Source: a virus (Duplodnaviria; Caudoviricetes). From it: a stretch of 61,644 nt of DNA. Below, piece by piece: positions 8,061 to 19,600 of the stretch. A program made the position numbers and the translations under genes. The stretch covers positions 1 to 61,644 of IMG/VR virus record IMGVR_UViG_3300037424_000754; one strand, written 5' to 3'. Below the pieces are notes generated by a model. The model was not told the DNA's origin and made no database searches. It was given only the letters and a program-made list of their open reading frames with translations. Every line of letters begins with the position of its first letter. Position 1 is the first letter of the stretch.

Positions 8061-9281
8061 CTATCTCTCGCTGGGTTGATCCTGGCGAGACTGCATCTCG
8101 GTTCGCGTGCGCTTCGCGAGTGACGGGTGATCCTTCGGCATGGGCTGGCCCTGGGATGCGCCGACCATGGCCTGGCGACCCTTGACCGCCAGGTAAGATA
8201 TCTGGCTCGCCACGATGAAGTTTCCCGACATCATGCCGTCCATGTCCTGGCCCAGTAGAGTCGAGAGCATCATCCGCTGGCGGTAAGGAACCTCGCGGCC
8301 CTTATTCTCTGTAAGGCTATTCACAACGGCAGCCTGCATGCGTTCGTAAAGCGCCGGGTACACAGACTGCACGGCCTGTACGGACTCCGACGTGAGCGTG
8401 CCAGCCGTCGCCTCACGCATGATGACGAATGGATCGTCTACCGCGTCCCACGCGCGCCGGAAACCCGCCAGGGCGGAGGCGGACGGCGGGATCTCCGGCA
8501 TGAGCGGGCCTGCCGAGACTGCTTGCGGCAGGACGCTTCTCAGGTGGCCTAGCGCTCGTACGGTAGTCGCGTTGGCTGAGATGGCTGTTCCGGGGGCGTG
8601 CTCTTGCCACCCCTCCGTCTGGGCGACGAGGAGATCCGCTAGTGTCTCCTCGTCGCTGGAGAGCCGCAGGACGGCCTCCATTCGCCTCGCGTAGCCCTTC
8701 CCCGGTTCGGCCCCGCTGACGGTGGGGGCCGGGGCTTCGTGGCCCTGAATCGAACCCCTGACCGCGTTCCTGGCCTGCGTGGCAAGCCTCCCGGCCACCC
8801 CAGCCAAGCGCTCCTGGATGAGTCCCAGGGCTACGGCCTGCTCGGGGATGACCCTGGGCTCGGGGGACGGGGCCTCCGCCTGCATCGCCCCGTTGGCGAG
8901 GGCGAACAGCCCCTGCGCCATCTCGCGCTCCCTGATCGCTCGTTTCGCCTCGGCCGAATCCGCGGATCCTGCCGCGGACAGCACGGCAAGCCCCTCGTCT
9001 CGAAACCGAATCGCTTCCTGTGAGCGCTGCGCCACCATCCGGGGCGACGCGCTAGGCGTGAGAATGCCTAGCTCACCGCCCGCCCGAGCCAGTCGCTTCA
9101 GCCCTTCAGGCTCAGAATCCCCGGCCCAGACCCCTAGCTTCTGGGTGAGGATCTCGGGTGTCGAGGCTTCCGCATCGAGGTTCCAGCCGTCGAGTACCTT
9201 CGCCGTACTCACATCGGCGACGAGAGCCTCGCCAGCGTATCGAGGATCGAGCCCGAGAGCTTGCTCTATACCTGGGTTCAT
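8061..9281 (-). CDS. Putative ejection/internal virion protein
   Basis: Ala-rich helical; position after nozzle/GNAT typical of podoviruses. Confidence 0.5.
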   Translation of the reverse strand: MNPGIEQALGLDPRYAGEALVADVSTAKVLDGWNLDAEASTPEILTQKLGVWAGDSEPEGLKRLARAGGELGILTPSASPRMVAQRSQEAIRFRDEGLAVLSAAGSADSAEAKRAIREREMAQGLFALANGAMQAEAPSPEPRVIPEQAVALGLIQERLAGVAGRLATQARNAVRGSIQGHEAPAPTVSGAEPGKGYARRMEAVLRLSSDEETLADLLVAQTEGWQEHAPGTAISANATTVRALGHLRSVLPQAVSAGPLMPEIPPSASALAGFRRAWDAVDDPFVIMREATAGTLTSESVQAVQSVYPALYERMQAAVVNSLTENKGREVPYRQRMMLSTLLGQDMDGMMSGNFIVASQISYLAVKGRQAMVGASQGQPMPKDHPSLAKRTRTEMQSRQDQPSER

Positions 9282-11770
9282 TTGTTACCTTTGGTGATTA
9301 GGCTCTTTGCGGCCCTTGCTCCCTGAAGTACGGGGGACGTGGACAGTAGGAAGTCCTTAACCCTGCTGGCCGCCGTAGGCTGGGGCATGGCCTTAGCGCC
9401 AGTGGGCTGGTACATGTCGCGCAGCTTCATGTAGAAGTTATCACCCGTGGTCTCTACATAATACTGATACATGCTAGGATTAGATGCCTCTATCAGCCTA
9501 GTTCGCACCCCAAGATTCCGGCGCAAAGCCATGACGCCGTTTCGCAAAGCCTCGTCCGCGTTCGGCTTCGTCAGATCGAGTCCGTAAGCCGTCTTAGCTC
9601 GTTCAACGTCTCCCTCGCTCGCCGCGCCCTTCACGCCCGTGCCGACGATTATGTGCGCAAGTTGATCGGCGTATTGCTGGATCTTGACGCCCTCCACCGT
9701 GTCGGGGGTTTGTAGGCTTTTACCCAGGTACGGGAGCGTAGACCCGACGGCCAGGCCAACGCCGCCCCCGATCAACGCTCCCGGGACGGCCCCCACGCCC
9801 ACACCGCCGGCAGCGCCCAGCCCTCCGCCTATGGCGGCGCCGCCGCCTGCCGCAGCCAGGGCGCCCTTGCCGCCAATGTCCTTCAGGGTAGAACCGATAC
9901 CCATTCGCCACCCGCCGGAGCCGGGTAGATCCGACCCCGGGCCGCCGGAGCCAGGGCCGCCCGCCTCGTCAACCGTACGGATCACATCAGCCAGACCGGC
10001 CAGGGCATCGGATATCTGCGCAATCTGCTCGATCTCCTCGCGAATGTCAGTTACCTCTTTCATCTCAAAAGACTTCATGCCGGACAGTGCAGAGATTGGA
10101 CCAGACGCTTCGTCTTCTTCCTCATCATCAACCTCGCCGCCCCTGGCGTACCCAACCATGCCGCCGTCGCTAAAGGAAGGCAGCTTGCCCGGCCTATACC
10201 CGGGCACAATCTCGGATCCTCCAGCGCCTGGCCCTGCGGCGGGCTGACGCTTCCCGCCTCCTCGCTTCCTGCGCTCCTCTTTGTCTTTGTCTATCTCAAA
10301 CTGTAAACGCTGCTCTGCTGTAGTGACTTCCTTTTCTGCGATGCTGACCTGGCGCTCTGACGCGGTGATCTTTCGTTCATCCAGCTTCGCGCCCTTCCCT
10401 TGCCGCAGGGCTTCGCTTTTTGCCTTGGCCTCATCCAGCGCCAGCCGGCGTGCTGCAACCTCGGCGGTCTTCTCTGAAATGGCGACCTGTCTCTCTGAAG
10501 TCCCAGCCCCACGCTCGTCAATGTCCAGCCGCCTGCCGCGCACCCGGGCCTCGGCTTCCGCGGTAGCCTCATCCAGCCCGAGCTTCCGCTCGGCAATGCC
10601 AGCGGTCTTTTCCGCAACGCCGGCCTGACGCTCCGTGGCAGTAGTCCTGCGCTCGTCCAGTCTGAGCCGCCGCCCACGGCGCCGCGACTCCTCTTCGGCC
10701 TCCGCTTCGTCCAGCCCGAGGCGCCGCTCTTGGACGTTCATCTGGCGCTCTTGCGTCCTGCCGGTCTGCGACCAATGCTTGGCCTGGGCCTGTAGGTACT
10801 CGCGCTGGAAGCGCCCGCCCTCAATCTGAGAACGCTTCAACTGATCTTCCAGGGACTGGCTACCAGCCTCTACGCGAGATTCGGCAGCTTTCCGCTGGAG
10901 ATCAGCGACCATGAAGGCCGCGTTTTCCTGAGCGATCGGGGCAGCGAACTTGGCCGCGTTAGCCTGAGCGATAGCCGAGGCCATATCCATTGTATCAGCC
11001 TTAGCTAGCTTGTATGCCTCCTCCTCTGTGGCCCCTTCCTGCAGGTGCATGCTATAGGAGGTCTGCAGTCTGCCGATCTGCTCCTTCTGGGCGAGTATGT
11101 CGCGCTCGATCGCGCGGTTTAGCGACTCATAACCCATGTTCGGGCCGCCGCCCTGAAGCGCAGATCCGAGACCCCCTAGGATCATGCCGATGGCCGCAGC
11201 GATCTTGCCTCCGGTGCCAGAATCAGCCCAGATGCGATCCGGGTCTATCTCGGCATTCATGATTGAGGTGCGAAGCTGCGCTCCGCGGGCCTGCCATCCA
11301 TTGAACCTCGCGAGGTGCTCATCCCTAAGCTCCATCTGGCGACGAGCAAGCCATTCCTGGGTGGCCGCCTGAGCCTGGCCGAGCCTGGCCTCCGCGTCGG
11401 CCTTACCCCAGATCGCATTTGACTGATCGGCGAAACTGTTCGTAATGGCCTCGGAATCACTCATCCTACTGGCCGGGCTGGCCGGATCGGCCATGCCTGG
11501 GGACGCCGGTCCCCGCTGCGCCAGCATGGATGGGGATTGAAGCTGGAGATCGGAGGGATCGAAGTCATCAAACATTCCGCCGCGCGCATAGCCATTGCTA
11601 GCGCTGTTCTCTGACTGTACCTCGCCGCCCTTGGCGAAATGCTGCTTGATGGAATCAGCCGTGTTGAGCAAGAGCCCGCCCTTGGCGATGAGAAACTCTT
11701 CTCCGTCCGGAGAGCGCAGGCAGAACGCTGCGTCAGTCTCTGCTATCAACTGGAACCCTGTGAGGTCCAT
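9278..11770 (-). CDS. Putative ejection protein with 46-aa repeats and Gly-rich hydrophobic segment
   Basis: AKGGEV/ARGGM/SDGGMV motifs, coiled coils, glycine-zipper-like stretch. Confidence 0.6.
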   Translation of the reverse strand: MDLTGFQLIAETDAAFCLRSPDGEEFLIAKGGLLLNTADSIKQHFAKGGEVQSENSASNGYARGGMFDDFDPSDLQLQSPSMLAQRGPASPGMADPASPASRMSDSEAITNSFADQSNAIWGKADAEARLGQAQAATQEWLARRQMELRDEHLARFNGWQARGAQLRTSIMNAEIDPDRIWADSGTGGKIAAAIGMILGGLGSALQGGGPNMGYESLNRAIERDILAQKEQIGRLQTSYSMHLQEGATEEEAYKLAKADTMDMASAIAQANAAKFAAPIAQENAAFMVADLQRKAAESRVEAGSQSLEDQLKRSQIEGGRFQREYLQAQAKHWSQTGRTQERQMNVQERRLGLDEAEAEEESRRRGRRLRLDERRTTATERQAGVAEKTAGIAERKLGLDEATAEAEARVRGRRLDIDERGAGTSERQVAISEKTAEVAARRLALDEAKAKSEALRQGKGAKLDERKITASERQVSIAEKEVTTAEQRLQFEIDKDKEERRKRGGGKRQPAAGPGAGGSEIVPGYRPGKLPSFSDGGMVGYARGGEVDDEEEDEASGPISALSGMKSFEMKEVTDIREEIEQIAQISDALAGLADVIRTVDEAGGPGSGGPGSDLPGSGGWRMGIGSTLKDIGGKGALAAAGGGAAIGGGLGAAGGVGVGAVPGALIGGGVGLAVGSTLPYLGKSLQTPDTVEGVKIQQYADQLAHIIVGTGVKGAASEGDVERAKTAYGLDLTKPNADEALRNGVMALRRNLGVRTRLIEASNPSMYQYYVETTGDNFYMKLRDMYQPTGAKAMPQPTAASRVKDFLLSTSPVLQGARAAKSLITKGNK

Positions 11771-13219
11771 TTAGTGTGCCCTCCGCGGCTTGCCGCGCCC
11801 GCGTTTGACTGCCTCGACAAACTCAGCGGCCTTCTCGGGCGCATTTTCAGACTGTGCTATGGTTCTGGGGACAACTATTTCGCCAGGAGACACCTTGGCC
11901 GTGACGGTGTCGTTGCGCGGGTCATCGCCTGGAACCATCGCCTGCCCTGGCACCATCCCGCCCATGCGCCCATCGATCGCTCCCCCGTGGGCGATGCCGC
12001 CCTTCAGGGGCATCGAGGCCATGCCTTTAGCGAACGCCGGCATAGCCTTCGCCATGCCTCCGCCTATCCCTCCGCCGGGCGCGGTCTGCTCCATGATCTT
12101 ACGATACCAGTCCATGGCGGTCATCCCGGTGCCATACATCCACTCGTCGTCCGGGTCATAGTCTGGCATACCGCTACCCATGCCATACCCGGAGCCGCGC
12201 TCTGGAACACTCCCGCCCTGGCTAAGGAAAAACGGCAAGGCCATGGCCCCGCCCTGGAGCAGGCCGCCGACCATATTTGCATTGGATTGCGCGTTCTGGC
12301 CCGCGATTCCAGCGTTGATGCCAGTGGCCTGTAGCCTGTTGGCGGCGCTGGCAGACGATGCCGCCTGCGAGTAACCGGCGTTTGCGCGAGCGATGTCGGC
12401 GTTGATCGCCTGAGCAGCCTGCTTAAGGTCTGCATTCTGGGCGGAGACGCCAGCGTTTACGTTCTGGGCCTGCATCTTGGCGCCTTGGTTTGCCAGGATC
12501 GCCTGCAAGTCAAGACTCTGGGAGCCCATTAGGTTCGCGATTCGCGCATCGTTCTGGGCACCCTGTAGCCCACCCGCCGTGCCAAGCATGGATGTCGCTG
12601 CCTGCTGCTGGCCAACCTGAAGCGCTCCGGTATTAGACAAAAGCGCCCCTAGCTGCTCCTGGGCAGCAAGCTGCTCGGCCATGCGAATCTGTGCTGACTG
12701 ATTCACCACCGATTGATTGGCCTGCGCCCCCTGCTCCTGTATCGATCTTTGCGCAAGCCCGGTGTTTATGCCGCGCTGAGAGCCTATGCTGGAAGCCATC
12801 GCCTGCTTGTTCTGCTCCAGGCCAGACTGTAACTGAAGCTGCGCCAGGCTCGGGCCCGTTCCAGCCATCTGCGCCCTAAGCGCATCCGCCAGCGTCCCCA
12901 TCTGCCCAATGGTCCCGGTCGCCGGCCCGGCTCCGCCCGTCAACTGTGCCATCGCGTTGGCAATGGCGCCCTGATAATTCGATTCATCAAGCTGCGCTTG
13001 CTTCGCCTTGAAGTCATTCAGAAACGCCTGAGCTTGAAACGAATTGACTACAGGGTTAGCGGAGAAGTTGATCCGGGCTGCGCTCACGCCAAAGGCGTTA
13101 GGATCGACGCTGAACTGATTGGTAGACCCCGATCCCTTGGCTACGCCACCGACCAAGCCGCCGACGACCCCGCCGACGGTCTTGCCGACCCAGGATGCTG
13201 CTTTCTTGATGAACCCCAT
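11771..13219 (-). CDS. Putative ejection/pilot protein
   Basis: Q/A/G-rich; GGMVPG..DTVTAKVSPGEIVVPR motif. Confidence 0.6.
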   Translation of the reverse strand: MGFIKKAASWVGKTVGGVVGGLVGGVAKGSGSTNQFSVDPNAFGVSAARINFSANPVVNSFQAQAFLNDFKAKQAQLDESNYQGAIANAMAQLTGGAGPATGTIGQMGTLADALRAQMAGTGPSLAQLQLQSGLEQNKQAMASSIGSQRGINTGLAQRSIQEQGAQANQSVVNQSAQIRMAEQLAAQEQLGALLSNTGALQVGQQQAATSMLGTAGGLQGAQNDARIANLMGSQSLDLQAILANQGAKMQAQNVNAGVSAQNADLKQAAQAINADIARANAGYSQAASSASAANRLQATGINAGIAGQNAQSNANMVGGLLQGGAMALPFFLSQGGSVPERGSGYGMGSGMPDYDPDDEWMYGTGMTAMDWYRKIMEQTAPGGGIGGGMAKAMPAFAKGMASMPLKGGIAHGGAIDGRMGGMVPGQAMVPGDDPRNDTVTAKVSPGEIVVPRTIAQSENAPEKAAEFVEAVKRGRGKPRRAH

Positions 13220-13232
13220 AGCCAGCCCCCTC

Positions 13233-13607
13233 TCAGGAGGAGCGACGTATCAGCATCTCGTAATTGCCGAGTCTAACAAACGAGTGCCGATCAATCGCCC
13301 TACGCCCGATGCCCCAATTATCCGTTAGGGCGAGAATGTAGGTGAATCCTAGCTGTTCTGCTTTGGCTATGAGCGCCCGAGCTATCTCATCAATCGCAGC
13401 GCTGCGTTCTTCCGGGGACGCCAGAGGGTTAGTTATGAACCCCTCCAGCATGCACATCTTGGAGTTCGTTTGATACATGTAGCCTGCTGCCACGCCAGGC
13501 ACTATCGCGCCGCTCGCTGGCATCATGTCAAGCGGCGGGGCGTCATCTCCGCGAATTCTATACCAAGCCGCAACCTCTGGCCAGTCGCCCGGAGTTACGT
13601 CTCGCAT
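13233..13607 (-). CDS. GNAT-fold virion assembly protein (position like T7 gp13)
   Basis: MRDVTPGDW...AAGYMY...LIAKAEQLGF; lies between nozzle and ejection genes. Confidence 0.55.
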   Translation of the reverse strand: MRDVTPGDWPEVAAWYRIRGDDAPPLDMMPASGAIVPGVAAGYMYQTNSKMCMLEGFITNPLASPEERSAAIDEIARALIAKAEQLGFTYILALTDNWGIGRRAIDRHSFVRLGNYEMLIRRSS

Positions 13608-13610
13608 TCG

Positions 13611-16600
13611 TTAGCCCTTTGTCTTCGATGCCGGGATCCTGGCGAGGCCACGGTGGACCCCGAGCCGCAGGCTGATTCCGGACAGGGTCAACCCTTCTCC
13701 TATAGTAAGCCCGTTCTGTATCTCGGTTATCGTTATCTGGATAGCCTGGCACTGCTGCTTTTTGCACTGAACCCGCCACTGAAGAACACCGTCGGTTCCG
13801 AGCCCGTTAAACACGCTCGTCTGCATCACCGTATCGTCATAGTCATAGGCCAGGTCGACCCGAAGCGTATGATCGGATTTTTGCGTCCCAAAAATCAGTA
13901 CCTCCCAGACTCTCTGGAACCCCTGCATCCCCGCCAACTGAAGCCATGGCGTCTTTAGCTTAAGCGGGATGTAGGCCCCCGCAGCGCTGTACTGGCCTGG
14001 GGTCTCGACCCAGATGCTGTCATCGCCCAAAAGCAGGGTCGGGCGCTTGTTCCACATGACCGAGCTTATGGCATCTATCCCCGTGAACACGGACCACTGG
14101 TTCATCAGGTAGTCATAGAGCAGCGTGATTCCGTTCTCCAAAACAAACATCACCCAGTTTGCGTCAGACGGTGACAGTGAACTGGTGACCGCAATGGAGT
14201 TATACGCCTCTACGTCCGCCCCGATGTAACTCGTCCCGAGGTCCCTGGTTAGAATGAAGAATCCCTTTTCCGACTTGTAAACCAGGCCGGGCGCTATGGA
14301 GGCCAGGGACTTCTTGTCCGCACATCCAGTGTCAGTCAGGATCGGAATTTCCTGGTAGCCAATGTCCCCGCCAGTGCGAGGAGGCCCGTCTCCCCGAACG
14401 TAGCTGATAGCCCTGCTCCGGAACACGATCGTCTTATCGTCCATGTTTGCTATCGCTATCGCTGGACCGGTGCTGGCCTGGAGTTTCAGCGTCAGGCGCC
14501 CGCTAAACTCAACCGGGGTGCCAGGGATGGTCTCCTGGCTGAACCAAAGCACGTACGGGTCTTCAGCGTCTATCAGCCACGTCCTGTTGCTAACCTGAGC
14601 CATCGCCAGGGGTGGGGCAGACGGATCGTTTCTTAGTACCCCGCCTGTAGTGTATAGCTGGCTGTATCCTAACAGTGCCGAGTCAGGAGTCCTGTCCACA
14701 AAGGATACGTAATCAACCGACAAGCTATTGATCGGCGGCCTGATCCCTGGCGTCACGGCACGGTGGAATGTAGTGCCTCCATCACTCGTCCTGTACGGGA
14801 CGATGAAAACCTCACGGGGAGCCTTGCTGGTAATCCTAAGTGTCGGCAACTGAATGGTGACGGCATTTGCTGCCGCATCGATCGGGTTGGCCTGAGCGTG
14901 AGTAACGGGTACCGCGGGCGCAGAAATGTGCAGCCGCCCAACCGCATCCATCCACTCATAGCAAGCGGTGTACTGGTAGACTCTCTGCCCGCCAGGATTG
15001 GGGGCTCTCAGGATCTCTGGGCCAAGATGAAATCCGTGTTCCACTATCTGAGCGCCGTCCCACATCCAGAGCACTCCGCCGCCCATGTGCAGTACGTTCG
15101 CCGCCTCGGCAGATACCGGCTGTCTATTGAAGCTTATAGACACTTCGTTCACGGTACCGGATGATCCGAGCCGCCTCTCCTGTAGCGGCACGATGGCAAC
15201 GTTATTGTCTAGGACCCTAACCTCCGGCAGCGTGGTGGTGGCATATGGGTTATTCGCTCCGTTGGGATGACCGGCGGCAGTGAACATCATCACCTTGCCG
15301 CACACGCTACCCATACTCTCCACTATGAAGTAGGTGCCTTGTATCTCGCTGTCATGCACCATCATCAGGTACAGGTCGCCGTCCACAAAGAACGGCTTGG
15401 CTGCCAACCCGAGAGACCTCACGAAATCAAACGGAATGCCAGCAAACGAGTAATCTGACTGGCACCGCATGGTCCGCGTCCAGAAGTCCTGGGCCGGTGC
15501 CTTCGCAGACGGGTGCAGCGTGTAGAACAGCCTATAGGGCTCCAGCGACCCATCATCCAGGCATATGCCTGCCAGTGACGCAACGTTAGTAGCGGCCTCA
15601 ACCGTGGCTCCGCCGTACGCATGGCCCGTATAGTCATCGGTGGTTGCAAACAAGACAATGCTGGCACCGTTCGCCAGCAACAGCATGACCCGCGGAGGGT
15701 GTATCAGGTCCGCGAACACTGATATGCCCTGACTGCATGCCATCGGAAACGTATATCTGTGCAGGACGACGAGTGAATCAGACAGAGTGTAAACACTCGT
15801 GTTGCCGCCGTCCGAGTTTACGGCGATGACCGCGTTTGGCCCGATGACCGTTACATCGTAAACGCCTTTAGTGGCGCTCGTGACGGTGGCTATATTGATG
15901 GGGATCGAGGTCACGCCGCCGTACGGGCTGGTAACGTCCATGTAGGAGCAATACAGGCTAGAGCCACGCAGGAAGAACACAACGATGTATTGCCCTAGAA
16001 CTATGCACTTTGGGGCATGATCGTTGACGGCCGGGATGTTGGACACGGACTGTGACGAGGCGATCTGGATTCCGGTCTCCTGGTCGATCACGGAATGAAA
16101 GCACCCCGTGTTGCTATCCGCGTCTTCCCACGCGACTACAGTTATCCCGCTGGGATGCACCGCCATGTCGGCATGGGACATCCTCCCGGAGACCACGCCG
16201 ATGCTTCTCTTTTGGGCCAGGATCGCTCTATTGGCCGGGGGAGCGTTGAACCCTACTCCACTGCCGACGAGCGGCACGGGACCGAGCGTATCAAGCGCCG
16301 TAGACGGATCAGCAAGGGGCCGGTCCTTGTTCTGCCGGGCCACGCCGTCGTTGACCGCCGTCCAAACGTCGCGGGCCGGCGTCCACGCATAGCTTCTCAT
16401 CCCATCGTGCAGGAGAAGCCTGTCTCCTAGCGTGTATAGCGCTAGCCCAGCGCCGAGAGCGCCGCCCCCCGCGACTTCCTTAGACAGCGGGGCGTGGCCG
16501 TTCCTCTTTTGGATGCGATTGGGCGCAACGAAGATGCTGTTTTCGAGCACAACCAGCTTGCCAGGAGCGATGTGGAACTCGTCGCTCTTGGTATCAACCC

Positions 16601-16643
16601 CGCCCGGGAATGACAGGGAAACCAGTTTGTCTTCAAGCGCCAT
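13611..16643 (-). CDS. Tail nozzle / head-stabilisation protein (T7 gp12 / P22 gp10-like)
   Basis: N-terminal FPGGVD..LENS..IQKRNG, beta-propeller character, LWFS, TGC, synteny. Confidence 0.65.
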   Translation of the reverse strand: MALEDKLVSLSFPGGVDTKSDEFHIAPGKLVVLENSIFVAPNRIQKRNGHAPLSKEVAGGGALGAGLALYTLGDRLLLHDGMRSYAWTPARDVWTAVNDGVARQNKDRPLADPSTALDTLGPVPLVGSGVGFNAPPANRAILAQKRSIGVVSGRMSHADMAVHPSGITVVAWEDADSNTGCFHSVIDQETGIQIASSQSVSNIPAVNDHAPKCIVLGQYIVVFFLRGSSLYCSYMDVTSPYGGVTSIPINIATVTSATKGVYDVTVIGPNAVIAVNSDGGNTSVYTLSDSLVVLHRYTFPMACSQGISVFADLIHPPRVMLLLANGASIVLFATTDDYTGHAYGGATVEAATNVASLAGICLDDGSLEPYRLFYTLHPSAKAPAQDFWTRTMRCQSDYSFAGIPFDFVRSLGLAAKPFFVDGDLYLMMVHDSEIQGTYFIVESMGSVCGKVMMFTAAGHPNGANNPYATTTLPEVRVLDNNVAIVPLQERRLGSSGTVNEVSISFNRQPVSAEAANVLHMGGGVLWMWDGAQIVEHGFHLGPEILRAPNPGGQRVYQYTACYEWMDAVGRLHISAPAVPVTHAQANPIDAAANAVTIQLPTLRITSKAPREVFIVPYRTSDGGTTFHRAVTPGIRPPINSLSVDYVSFVDRTPDSALLGYSQLYTTGGVLRNDPSAPPLAMAQVSNRTWLIDAEDPYVLWFSQETIPGTPVEFSGRLTLKLQASTGPAIAIANMDDKTIVFRSRAISYVRGDGPPRTGGDIGYQEIPILTDTGCADKKSLASIAPGLVYKSEKGFFILTRDLGTSYIGADVEAYNSIAVTSSLSPSDANWVMFVLENGITLLYDYLMNQWSVFTGIDAISSVMWNKRPTLLLGDDSIWVETPGQYSAAGAYIPLKLKTPWLQLAGMQGFQRVWEVLIFGTQKSDHTLRVDLAYDYDDTVMQTSVFNGLGTDGVLQWRVQCKKQQCQAIQITITEIQNGLTIGEGLTLSGISLRLGVHRGLARIPASKTKG

Positions 16644-16645
16644 CT

Positions 16646-19600
16646 CTATCCCTCTGCCCTGAAGGTTACCTCGTCTATCGTGATGTAGTATATACCGCCT
16701 GGCGTTGCCGAAGCCACGGTAGGCGTAACGAACCCGTCCGGATCGATGACGATGGAGGCGTACGAGGCTCCAACGGAAGTTACCGGGCGCGTGATCCTGC
16801 GGGATGACCTGGCCCCGACCGGCAAAACCATCATTGGCTTGCCGATGTTCGGATTAGTAGCAGAGCCCCTGAGATGAACCACTCCCGCGGAATCGATGTA
16901 GAATCCGACCTGAGACCCGGCCTCCGTCTTCCATCCGTTGATGAGCACCCCATCCTGCCACGCCTGAGCAGAGAACACTCCGCCCACCGCTACCGGCATC
17001 TTGCTTATGGCCTGGATGATCGGATTCAGGTTCTTCAGAAGCTGGTCCTGGATGGCGTTGACGACTCGATCAGAGGGGTGCTGAATTCTCGTAAGGTCGT
17101 GCCCGGACACAAGGGCTGCCCTGTCGCCGGGAGGGCCTCCCCCGTCGCCTCCGGGCGATGGCCTCCCACCGCCTCCGCCCCCTGGCGCCCCGCCTCCGCC
17201 CCCCGGGGCTCCGCCGGTAGAGCTATACGTAAACGCCGAGATGAGCGTGGTCGGCGTAGCGTTCGGGTTCGTCACCGTAACATTTACAGTGCCCGCTCCA
17301 TGCGCGGGGGTAACGACCGAGATGGTCGTGCCGTCATTCTGCACCACCGTCGCCAGCAGGCCATCAAAGTACACCTTGACGCCGGTCGCGAAGTTGGAGC
17401 CGAAGACAGAAACGCTGTTGCCACCCAGCACCGAACCGATGGCAGGCGACACCTGGACCGGGACGGCCGCCGACTCTCCCGTAGATGGTGGAGTTTCGTA
17501 GGTGTATGCAGCCCCTAGCACAGCCTCGACCTCTCCAGGGTTAGTCACCACAATGTCAACAGTCCCTGCGGCGTGGGGAGGGGTGACGACGGCGATAGCG
17601 ATCGTGTCCCGAGCATTCACGATGGCGGCCGATCCTCCAAACGTCACGGTTAGCCCGGCAGCGAAGTTAGACCCGAAGATCACCACCGTATTGCCGCCGG
17701 TCGTGGCCCCCGTGATTGGCAGCAAGGATACTGGAATCGCAGGGCCTGGAGATGGCGGCGGGGCTGGCTCCTCATACGTAAAGCCGCCGGCCAGGGTTCC
17801 GGGCACCTCCCCAGGATTGATTACAGAAACGTTCACCACGGCCGCCGCGTGCGGGGGAGTAAAGACCGCGATTGCTGTGGCCTCCAGGGACACGATCGCT
17901 GCACCCGTACTGTCGAATCGGACCTCCGCCCCGGCAACGAAGTTCGTCCCGCTGATCACGGCCGCCGTGCCGCCCGCGGTCGTGCCTGTCGATGGTGTAA
18001 CGGCCGTAGGGACCGCTACCCCAGACGGCGGCGGCGGGGGCGGAGGAGGCGCCTCGTAGGTAAAACCACTGACCAGCGTACCTGCCGAGGCTCCCGGGTT
18101 CGTCACCGCCACATCAACGGCGCCAGCGGCGTGGGCTGGAGTCACAACCGTTATAGACCCAGCGGCCACGGCCGTAACGGTCGCGGATATGCCTCCAAAC
18201 AGAACGGTGGCACCCGTTAGGAAGTCCGTTCCGGTGATGACTACCGTATTGCCACCATCAGTGGAGCCTGTGGCCGGTGAACACGCAAGCGGGTTGGCTA
18301 CTGTTACGGGAGGAGGAGGAGGCGCCACGTACGTAAATCCAGACGGCAGCACCCCGTCCACAGCGCCCGGGTTCCGTAGCGTCACATTCACTGCGCCGGC
18401 AGCATGCGGCGGCGTGAATGCCGCAATCGAAGTAGTGTCAACCGACACGAGGGTGGCAGCCGTGGTATCGAAGAGTACGATCACCTCGGGATGGAAATTG
18501 GTTCCGCTGATCAGCACCGCGTTACCGCCCGCCGTCGATCCGGAGGCCGGAGAGAGCCCGGTCGGCTGGGCAGGACCAGTGACTCCGCCCGTTCCGGCCG
18601 TCAATATCTCGGCTGCGGCAATCGCCCAATAGAAAGCTGGCTCCGTACAGCCCACCGTCGTTGTGCCGCCGGAGGGGGCCTGAACTAGCTGGCCAACGGC
18701 CATGCTAACGAAGGCGTTATTTTGAAAGTCAAGCTGCGTATTGGCCCTTGGGCTCACCCCGAAGCTGCCCTGCCCATCGACCATTCCTATCACCGCTCCG
18801 GACTGCTGAAGCATCCCGGGCATGCCCAATTGAAGAACACTTCCGCTCCCTGTTGGGCCATTCGCCCCGGCCGACACTCCAAAGCAACTGGTGACGCTGG
18901 CCGCTCCACTCACCGTCCCGAACCTGGCGTAGGCCGTCAGCAACACGTCAGTCGTGTTGCCTGCTGCCGGCTGGGCGATGATCGTTCCCTGAGAGAGCGC
19001 AGAAGAAGCCCATGCGGCCCAGATTTGCACGCCCTCGTGCCCTGGCGTCTGGCTCGTGAATACGGCCTCCCTGATCTTGGTCCACGCGAGCCCCAGCCCG
19101 TTGATGGTCCATGGCGTGGCATTTGTATTGTTCCTGGTGTTCCAGATCAGGACAACATACACGAGCCTATTCGCCGCAGCCGGAGGCGTCTGGAGAACCA
19201 GGGACTGTGTAGATGCGGTGTGCTGGACCGACACAGGCCAGCTTGGTTCCATAGGCGGGCCAACTGGCACTAGCGGAACGAATATGTAGGTGTAGCCCTC
19301 CGACAGCGTGGTAGACTTGAAGTCTGGGTTGGTAACCGTAACGTTCGAGACGCCTAGACCAGGAGGCGTAACACAGATGATCTGTCCCGACGTTACGTCG
19401 AGAATGGTCGCAGCGTTGCTGCCGAATATGACCGTAGCCCCGCTAAGGAAATTGGTCCCGTGGATCGTGACCTCCGTCCCGCCGGCTTCGGCCCCCAGGG
19501 TTGGTTCGATCGATTCGATCGTTGGAGCCGGATTCCCGCCAATCGGGCCACCGCCGCCGATGTCGTGGATGCGCTGCCCAATCTGAATGCGATTGGCCCA

